Shown piece by piece: positions 20,859 through 29,011 of a stretch of DNA of 59,236 bases. A program made the position numbers and the translations under genes. How positions within the stretch are numbered: position 1 is the stretch's first letter; each line of letters opens with the position of its first letter. The DNA is from a bacterium. GTDB lineage: Bacteria; Hinthialibacterota; Hinthialibacteria; Hinthialibacterales; Hinthialibacteraceae. The stretch spans positions 1 through 59,236 of the forward strand of contig CAXXSM010000047.1 of NCBI GenBank assembly GCA_963663405.2, written 5' to 3'. The notes beneath the pieces are model-generated. The model worked only from the letters and a program-made list of their open reading frames with translations, ran no database searches and was not told the DNA's origin.

Positions 20859-20901
20859 TCCCCAGGGAGACACTCCCGGCAAGGATCGCGCTCCCTGGGG
20901 A
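20859..20901. promoter_or_regulatory. 11-bp stem hairpin upstream of ardC
   Basis: TCCCCAGGGAG ... CTCCCTGGGGA. Confidence 0.45.
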
Positions 20902-20929
20902 ACCACCAAAGAAAGGCGGTAACCATATT

Positions 20930-21829
20930 ATGAAAGCGAAACGGAAAGAAAACAAGGATATTTATCAAATCGTGACAGACCGAATCATCGAGAAACTAGA
21001 GCAAGGCGTCATTCCCTGGAATAAGCCCTGGACCGCCGGAGGAGCGCCACAAAACCTCATCAGCAAAAAAGAGTATCGCGGTATTAATATCTTTCTGCTG
21101 GACTGCGCCGGTTACTCCTTCCCCTATTTCTTGACATACAAACAAGCCCAGAATCGAGGCGGAAACGTCCGGAAGGGAGAAAAGGGCTTTCCCGTCGTGT
21201 TCTGGAAGATGGTCCAGAAAAAGAAATCCCCGGACGATCCAGGACCGCGCCCCGGAGAAGTCAGCACGAAAGAAGATACATTCCCCGTCCTGCGGTATTA
21301 CACGGTTTTCAACGTCGAACAATGCGATGGGATTGAGTATCCTGCAGACTGGGAGCGGAGACCGCTCAATCCAATCCCCGAAGCGGAACGAATCATCCAA
21401 GGTATACCCAACCGACCAGAGATCAAACACGAACAGCAACGCGCTTGCTATTCACCTTGGTTCGATTATGTCAACATGCCTGATAAAGAATCCTTTCTCA
21501 GCGATGAGTCATACTATCAAGTACTCTTCCACGAATTAACTCACTCCACCGGTCACGAAAGCCGCTTGAAGCGCGAAGGAATCACAGATCCCACATTCTT
21601 TGGAAGCCATAAGTATTCGAAAGAAGAATTAATCGCCGAAATGGGCGCCGCGATGCTCTGCGGAACCTGCGGAATTGAGAATAGCACGATAGACAACTCA
21701 GCCGCTTATATTCAATCATGGCTTGGGAGACTACGTAACGACAAGAAGTTATTGGTCCATGCCGCTGGACAAGCGCAGAAGGCCGCCGATTTCATCCTGA
21801 ATCGGAAATGGGAGGAAAACGAATCATGA
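20930..21829 (+). CDS. ardC: ArdC-family antirestriction protein (DUF1738 ssDNA-binding + zincin domain)
   Basis: VTDRIIEKLEQGVIPWNKPW, YRGIN, VRKGEKG, VFNVEQ, HELTH, EELIAEMG, AAYIQSWL. Confidence 0.92.
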   Translation: MKAKRKENKDIYQIVTDRIIEKLEQGVIPWNKPWTAGGAPQNLISKKEYRGINIFLLDCAGYSFPYFLTYKQAQNRGGNVRKGEKGFPVVFWKMVQKKKSPDDPGPRPGEVSTKEDTFPVLRYYTVFNVEQCDGIEYPADWERRPLNPIPEAERIIQGIPNRPEIKHEQQRACYSPWFDYVNMPDKESFLSDESYYQVLFHELTHSTGHESRLKREGITDPTFFGSHKYSKEELIAEMGAAMLCGTCGIENSTIDNSAAYIQSWLGRLRNDKKLLVHAAGQAQKAADFILNRKWEENES

Positions 21830-22332
21830 AATATCACGTTGACATTCACTTAATTCTTCCGGACCTCAAGTATCCGAACAAGGTTATCGATTTACCATTT
21901 ATTGAATCGAATCCCGAATTCTTAAATTATTGTTTTGAGCATCTAAGCGCCTCTATTTCCATATGGACTGGTGGCCGGTCATTCGGTTTAGTAAATTCGA
22001 TCCCGGAAACTTATATCGCAATTCAACGCGCAATCAACGTAGAAAAACAACGGAAACGAGCGGAGCATTGGGAGCAGTACAAATGTATTGGCCTTACTCG
22101 ATATGGTTTTCCTAAAGATGCGCTTTGGTTAACGGAAATAACAACTACAGAAGACGCAATCACTTTCTACGGGAAAGGCTCTGTTATGGCCGAAATCATC
22201 CATCAAGAAGGAGATAAGCCTTTCGTCCTATACTATCACGAATCGGGAAATCTACACGCTATAAAAACGTTTAGGGATGACGGCGCAGAGTTTGAACATG
22301 CTTGTAAAGTAGTCGCTAAATACTGGAACTAA
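21826..22332 (+). CDS. Hypothetical protein
   Basis: ATGA overlap with the ardC stop. Confidence 0.6.
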   Translation: MKYHVDIHLILPDLKYPNKVIDLPFIESNPEFLNYCFEHLSASISIWTGGRSFGLVNSIPETYIAIQRAINVEKQRKRAEHWEQYKCIGLTRYGFPKDALWLTEITTTEDAITFYGKGSVMAEIIHQEGDKPFVLYYHESGNLHAIKTFRDDGAEFEHACKVVAKYWN

Positions 22333-22339
22333 AAAAACA

Positions 22340-22365
22340 ATGGGGGCCGGTTCGCCGGTCCCCAT
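22340..22365 (-). terminator. GC-rich hairpin, terminator-like on the minus strand
   Basis: ATGGGGGCCGG-TTCG-CCGGTCCCCAT; T-run follows on the minus strand. Confidence 0.45.
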
Positions 22366-22380
22366 ATAAGGAAATCTAAA

Positions 22381-22536
22381 ATGAACCGAACCCAGATTAA
22401 AGAAATCATAGAAGACCGGCAGTGGTTCGTCCTTGAAATGTACGCGACGGGCCGGATAAACACACTGGAAGCAGACGGGCGCTTGAAGGAACTTAGTTGG
22501 ATCACCCGGCTCTTGGGAAAGGAAAAGGAAGCATGA
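22381..22536 (+). CDS. 51-aa hypothetical protein (below ORF-track cutoff)
   Basis: AAGGA RBS; MNRTQIKEIIEDRQWF...; stop overlaps the recombinase ATG (ATGA). Confidence 0.55.
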   Translation: MNRTQIKEIIEDRQWFVLEMYATGRINTLEADGRLKELSWITRLLGKEKEA

Positions 22537-23384
22537 AAAAACTAGTAAAGTTAGTCGCCGCCTACCGAACCACATTCGGTGGGAGGTGGAACAAACAACG
22601 TTCGATCCATAATGCAACCTGCATGGAACGGTTCTGCAAACGATTTCCCAACATCAAAGATATTTCACACGAAGGCCTAGCTGGTTACGTTGCTGACCGA
22701 CAAACCAGTTCAAAACGGGGAAGCATTCGCTCAGACGGGACAATCAATCGAGAGTTAAGCGAATTAAATCGCGTTCTCAATTGGGGAGTGATCGCCGGGA
22801 AGATCGACCGTAATCCCATGAAGGGCTTCGGACTCCTGAAAGAACCGAAACATCGAGAACGAATACTATCGCCCGATGAAATGCGGAAGGTATTTAAATG
22901 CGTGGAAGCGTTCGATTCCGATTTCCGTCTCATCGTGAAGATCGCTCTGCGCCTGGGACTACGCTTCGGAGAAATCGTTTCACTGAAGTGGATTCATGTT
23001 GATGAACTCAATCGGCAATTAATTCTACTCAACACGAAACACGGTCACAGGAAGGTTCCGGTTCCCGATGACCTTTGGTATGAATTGAAAAGGCCAGAGA
23101 AGCGTTCCGAGTGGGTTTTCCCGGCGCCGAACGGTCCCGAATCCCATTTGAAAAGTGTTCGCCATCCGTTTGCTCGATTATTAAAGGAGAGTGGGATACA
23201 ATCGCTTCACTTTCACGATCTTCGCCACACGGCAGCGACTTATATGCTCAAAAACGGCGCAGATATCAAGACCGTTCAAGAAATTCTCGGTCATACCGAC
23301 GTAAAAACCACGATGCGCTATCTAAATCCTTTGGAAGAAACAAAGCGTTCCGCCCTGGAATGGACGAAAGCCGAAGGATTATAA
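22533..23384 (+). CDS. Second tyrosine recombinase, lacking the arm-binding domain
   Basis: 283 aa; TINRELSEL, GLRFGE, HDLRH, ILGH, MRYL. Confidence 0.9.
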   Translation: MKKLVKLVAAYRTTFGGRWNKQRSIHNATCMERFCKRFPNIKDISHEGLAGYVADRQTSSKRGSIRSDGTINRELSELNRVLNWGVIAGKIDRNPMKGFGLLKEPKHRERILSPDEMRKVFKCVEAFDSDFRLIVKIALRLGLRFGEIVSLKWIHVDELNRQLILLNTKHGHRKVPVPDDLWYELKRPEKRSEWVFPAPNGPESHLKSVRHPFARLLKESGIQSLHFHDLRHTAATYMLKNGADIKTVQEILGHTDVKTTMRYLNPLEETKRSALEWTKAEGL

Positions 23385-24211
23385 AAAGCCAGTTTTTCCC
23401 TTGAGACAATCTTGAATTCACTTGACAGTATGCTTTTGTATACGGGAAAGTTCGGATATTTATCATTCAGAATTTCATGGATTCAGAAAAGTGGACGTTC
23501 GAGTTGACCTGATTAATCTTGATAACTATTCGATGCTTCAAACGATACTCACACAAAAGCCTTCAAATGAATGCAGACATGTAAAGCCAAAAACCAGAGC
23601 AACCAAAGCACGAACCCAAACCGAAACAAAAAAAAGGAACGTTCCACTCAGCTCCCGGGAGCGGGTCGACGTTCTGACAGGGTCTTTTTTTTGCGGAAAA
23701 AATTGCCTTAGAAAAGCTTCGTAAAGCTTTGGATTATACTATCATCCTTTGGATAGACATTTTTTATCATTTTCGCTATTCATCAGTCAAAGGCTATTCT
23801 TGGGGAAAAATATTCCGGCTTGGAGATACAAAAAGCTGCAGGATAATTGTATTATGTATAAGTTATTGATTTATATAATTATTGATATCATTGACATTGA
23901 TGAATGAGGTGTAATATTACGAATGTGATTCTACACAGAATGATCATTCTATTTCGACTTTTCTACGAATCATTTTCATTTCTACTAAACAAATCTCCCG
24001 GAGATAAATTTTTTTAATAAAAATCCATACTCTTTGAACGCCATCAGCATGAATCTTACGAATGGAATCGGTATATTGAAAGTGAACGTTTATTAACGAT
24101 GATTTTGTCTTTATTTTGTGATGAAATAATTAATGTTGTTGCAGGACTTGACAATTATGTGTAAATGTGTTGTGTTGAGATTTATGGGATGAAAAATAGG
24201 GAGATTGACTT

Positions 24212-24997
24212 ATGGATTATCATTCACGGGAAATCGAGAAAATAAAAACGCCTGAAGAAAAAGAACTAGACAAAAAACGTGAAATACTCAAGAGATTGGA
24301 ATATCAATTAGCCGATAAAGAACTCAATCTATCTACATTAATGACTGAATTACACTATTTTGAATTAAAGTACTTGAAAATTGTTGGTTGCCGTTATGCC
24401 GAGCTAGATGAGATTGAGGCGAAAATAGCTGAATTGCTCGCAAAAAAAAGACCGGAAGACTTTGGTTTACGAGATCGTGCGGACGAGGCTAGGTCGAGGG
24501 CAAATAAATCATCTAGTGAAATTAATGAAGAGGTTATTTCGTTTAATGAAACAACAAAATTCAATCCACCCGAACAAATAAGAAAATTGTATCGAGAGAT
24601 TGCAAAACGAGTACACCCTGATCTTGCGACGGATTCTTCAGATCATGAACGAAGAAACGGGTACATGTCAGATGCAATACAAGCCTATCAAGAAGGTAAT
24701 GAAAGTCGATTACAGCAAATTCTTGAAGATTGGGAATCGAGTCCTGAATCAATAGAGGGAGATGGAATCGGGAACGACCTAGTTCGTATAATCCGCAAAA
24801 TTGACAAAGCCGAAAAACGGGTTCTCGAGATTGATACAGAAATCCAAGAATTAAAGAAATCAGAAATTTATCAAATTTTATCTGAGGTACAAAAAGCGGA
24901 GGAAGAGAATCGTAATTTACTTGATGAAATGGCTACAAAATTGGATCGAGACATTGAAAGAGCGAAGATTCGATTATCCGTGTTGGAGAAAGAATAA
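24212..24997 (+). CDS. Coiled-coil protein with a central J-domain
   Basis: IRKLYREIAKRVHPDL (HPD motif) flanked by heptad-rich helices. Confidence 0.8.
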   Translation: MDYHSREIEKIKTPEEKELDKKREILKRLEYQLADKELNLSTLMTELHYFELKYLKIVGCRYAELDEIEAKIAELLAKKRPEDFGLRDRADEARSRANKSSSEINEEVISFNETTKFNPPEQIRKLYREIAKRVHPDLATDSSDHERRNGYMSDAIQAYQEGNESRLQQILEDWESSPESIEGDGIGNDLVRIIRKIDKAEKRVLEIDTEIQELKKSEIYQILSEVQKAEEENRNLLDEMATKLDRDIERAKIRLSVLEKE

Positions 24998-25006
24998 ATT
25001 GTAATT

Positions 25007-25954
25007 ATGGATGATTCAGAAAAACGGTTTCAAAAACGGCTTGTTCGGGTTAGGAATCAGAACTTAATAAATCGGTCTTCAAGCATTATCAGCCGGGGTC
25101 TAGATTTAATTAAGAAGAAAGAGCCTTCTGAGTTATTGATAGAAATTCCAGGTCTACCTGAAAATGCTAAAAAATTGGAAATGGTACTCATCCGAGGTGG
25201 CAGTTTTCTGATGGGTAGTCCTTATAACGAAAAAGGGCGGAGAGATGATGAAGGCCCCCAGCACAAAGTAACCATAACCAACGATTTCTATATAGGTAAA
25301 TATCCAGTAACCCAGGCTCAGTGGGAAGCAATAATGGGATGGAATCCATCATATAACCAAGGGAAACCGAACCATCCAGTCGAATGGGTAAGTTGGAATG
25401 ATTGTCAGATGTTTTTAAGAAAACTGAATAAGTTAGGGAAAGGAGTATTCAGGCTTCCGACAGAGGCAGAATGGGAATACTCGTGTAGGGCGGGAACAAC
25501 AACTCGATATTCTTTTGGGGATGCGTTGAAATGTTCTGATGAGCGTGAATATTGTGAGGAGATGGATAAATATATGTGGTGGGATGGAAATAGAGATGAC
25601 TTATGGACGACGCGGGAAGTAGGATTGAAATTACCAAATCCATGGGGGTTATATGACATGCATGGAAATGTTTTCGAGTGGTGTTTGGATTTGTATGACT
25701 CTTATTCAAAGGAACCTCAAACTGATCCTATGGGACAAATCACAGCCTCGTATTGCGATTCGAGTATTTGGTATTTAAATCCGCAGACGGGAAAATCAGA
25801 AGAGAAGATCTTATACAAGCGTTTGGAGCGAATTATGCGTGGAGGTGAATATTCTTCCTTTGCATGGCTTTGTCGGTCATCATGTCGTGTCCATAACCCA
25901 TCGTATACAGCTTTCGGTATAATTGGCTTTCGCCTTATAAGATTGTATCCATGA
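25007..25954 (+). CDS. FGE-sulfatase (SUMF1/CLec-fold) domain protein
   Basis: FRLPTEAEWEYSCRAG, PNPWGLYDMHGNVFEW, RGG...GFR; no signal peptide. Confidence 0.88.
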   Translation: MDDSEKRFQKRLVRVRNQNLINRSSSIISRGLDLIKKKEPSELLIEIPGLPENAKKLEMVLIRGGSFLMGSPYNEKGRRDDEGPQHKVTITNDFYIGKYPVTQAQWEAIMGWNPSYNQGKPNHPVEWVSWNDCQMFLRKLNKLGKGVFRLPTEAEWEYSCRAGTTTRYSFGDALKCSDEREYCEEMDKYMWWDGNRDDLWTTREVGLKLPNPWGLYDMHGNVFEWCLDLYDSYSKEPQTDPMGQITASYCDSSIWYLNPQTGKSEEKILYKRLERIMRGGEYSSFAWLCRSSCRVHNPSYTAFGIIGFRLIRLYP

Positions 25955-27820
25955 CGCTCGAATTGCATTTGTCGGAAAGATTTGCATGAGTTACATTTTA
26001 TGTTTTTTGAGATATACAAACCTCATCTAAGCCATGTGAAGAATGAGAGTTGCAGGGCTGAATAGTCGAACGTAGTGGATTAATACCTATAGACTAGTAG
26101 AGAAATCTGGAATTAATCAGGCCAATGACTATGGTGCCTGTCGTATCCCAGTATGGCAAGAAGAGAGATAGCTTAAACGGAAATTAAGATGGGTAGGAGT
26201 AGTCCTTTCATAATAATGCAGAATGGAGGGAATATGCAATGAGCACCTCGTTGGAAAACAGGAAAGATGTCAAGGAGATTCTACAAGGTCTGAAAGGACT
26301 GGAACCGCTAAAAGAACTGTTTTGGTCGCGGTTAAATTATGATCGCGTTAATACACCACTTTCCCGACGAGAATGGAGCAAAACGGCGAAGAATGCTCTA
26401 GCTGAAGATCCCGTGCTCTGGGCTTCGGGTGGCGATGATGGCGCTTTTCATATTATCTATTCGCGTCTAGCCTCTGATCGCCTATTGCTGGGCATGGAGC
26501 GCCCCGTCGTTACTACTCTACTGCGCGAAAATCCCTATGCGCTCTTTGTTTTCTCTAATGACACCCAAGATCGTTGGCATTTCATAAATGTGCGCGCTGT
26601 GAATAGAGAAGATCAGGAAGCGGAAGAGAACCGCGACCCACTGCGTCGTCGCCTCTTTCGGCGCATCACCATCGGTCCAGAAGAACGACTGCGAACCGCC
26701 TCCGAACGAATCGCCATGCTGGACCTCGAATCCGTCCAGCCGGACCCGTTTGGGCTTTCGCCGTTAGCCATCCAGCAACGCCACGACGATGCCTTCGATG
26801 TCGAAGCGATCACTCGCGCCTTCTACGATGAGTATAAGGCGTTGTTTGACATCCTTCAAACAGATCTTGCAATACAAACAAAAGACCGCGTCTGGGCGCA
26901 CGATTACGTGCTTCAATTCCTCAACCGCTGTATGTTCATGTATTTTGTCCAGCGCAAATGCTGGCTCAACAATGACTCCGATTTCATGCGCATATTCTGG
27001 GATTCTTATCGGCGAAGTGACCAGCCCGAGGACAGTTTCGTGGAAAAATGGCTGAACCTGATGTTCTTTGAGGCGTTCAACAACAAATTCCACGGCGGGA
27101 ATCGCCATTTCCCGAAAAATATCAGCGATGCCCTACAACTTGCCCCTTACCTAAACGGCGGGCTATTTGAGGAAAACGATCTGGATAGCAAGTATTTACG
27201 CCGTTTCACTTTTGCAGACACACGTTTCAGCCAAGTGTTGACTTTTCTCGAACGATATAACTTCACCATTAGTGAGGACACCCCTCTTGATCAGGAAGTA
27301 GCCGTGGATGCCGAAATGCTCGGAAAGGTCTATGAAAGCTTGGTCAATGTCTCGGAAGAAGCCGATGAACGCGGTGACGCAGGCATCTTCTACACGCCTC
27401 GCACAGAAATAGACATGATGTGCCGCTTGGCTCTGGTGGATCACCTCGCCAATCACTTAGTGATCACGTAAAAATTAATTCCCATTTTCAGAGGAATGTA
27501 AAGTGTAGTTCAATTTACTTAAATTTTGATCCTTGACAATGTTTAATTGTTTCATTTGTTCATTGGTTACAGTTTTTCCTTTTTTATATTTTTTCCGGAC
27601 AAGATAAGCTTTGACTTTAAGACCGGTAGTGGTTTTTGTTGTTCGAATATAATTTAAGACAGTCTCATAACTATCAAGAGGCCTTCCTGCCCAGTTCTTA
27701 CTTATCTCACTGAATAAGCGATGTTCAATTGGATTCCATTTCGAACATCCCGCAGGATAATGAGAAACGGATACAGAAATACCATGAGGATCGCATAATT
27801 TGTGTTGAAGCCAATATTTC

Positions 27821-29011
27821 GGTGATGTCCCCAAATTATTGACATATTGATGGGAACCATAACAATTCAGCGAGTGACCATGGATGATCGGTCAATTCAG
27901 CAGCCATCGCTGGCGTTTTAGGAGTAAATGATCGATCGCTCTGCCGACTCAAAGTCTCATGGGGCCGGATGAAATTGTAACAAGCGACCACCAATGAAAA
28001 TTTGGCTTTTAACCAGCGTATGGATTTGGCGAATGTCGTCGATTGCCGTCTCAAATGGGCGTCCCATAATCGCCAATTCAAGTTCGATCGTTCAACGAAA
28101 GATGTATTTACTGTGTTACTTGGTGTACTTTCCAACCGATTGGCAATCCGGCTCTCCGAGCCAAAAACCACTTTGGTTTCAACGTTCACTATACACCCAT
28201 TTTTTCGGGTCTTATGAACGGTTGCGTAATCCAAATCTTCATGGACAATTTTCTCCGGATTTTTGGGGCGGCCTCGCTGCCCCGTCGGTTCCGGCTGAAT
28301 CAGCGTGTGAAACATCTCTTCGAGTCCATTCTCGTAATGGGGGAGTTCATCCGACACAAATAAGGGTTTCTCGTTCATTCGTGAAATCAAGTCTTTTAAA
28401 AAACTGTGTGCGTCTTCCAGCGTCCGATCTCCAATGAGAAACGTGATGATTAATCGGGTTGTGCTATCAATGGCCGTCCAGATCCATGTCCGCCCATACT
28501 CCTTTTCCAATTCTTCTTCGCTAACACTTTTCTTTTTTTTACAAAGGTCCAGAGTTCGTCCAGTTGGACCTCGGTCATCTGGAGGGAATGGAGTAAATTG
28601 GATAAAACCAAAGCACAGTGTTCACCGGCGCGAAGGATGACTCGGTTCACTGTGTCTTTATCAAGATTCAGTAATCGAGCGGTTCCGCGAACGCTGACTC
28701 CTTCCGCCGCATGGTGAATAATCTGTTGAATCGTTTCACCGGGGAGATGAAGTCCAAAAAAAGCCGTACACTTGGTTTCCGCGAAGCGATGGCCGCAAGT
28801 CCGACAATAGAGAAGAGTCCTTGTTTTGTCTTTCCCATACATTCCACGCGTCCCGATGTTATTTTGATTTCTCAATCCGTAATCTTTACAATCCTTGTTT
28901 GGGCAAAACACATTCGTCAAGGCTGTCATAACTCACCTCCAAGAAAGTTTTCTTCTTGAAGGTAATATTATACTCACTATAATTTATTGTCAACTATGAA
29001 GGGACATTACC
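27821..29011 (-). mobile_element. IS1-family insertion sequence (1191 bp), 8-bp TSD AATATTTC
   Basis: IRs GGTGATGTCCC / GGTAATGTCCC; TSD at 27813-20 and 29012-19. Confidence 0.9.
27836..28929 (-). CDS. IS1-family transposase (InsA-like Zn finger/HTH + InsB-like DDE joined by -1 frameshift at an A8 run near 28535)
   Basis: CPNKDC...CRTC, QLDELWTFVKK slippery site, SDELPHY, NTSFVERSN. Confidence 0.85.

Noticed and set aside
23422-23724. 100-aa ORF and GCTCCCGGGAGC hairpin region as a gene or ncRNA
   Set aside because: TTG start without RBS and no motif; the hairpin is imperfect and matches no RNA family I recognise
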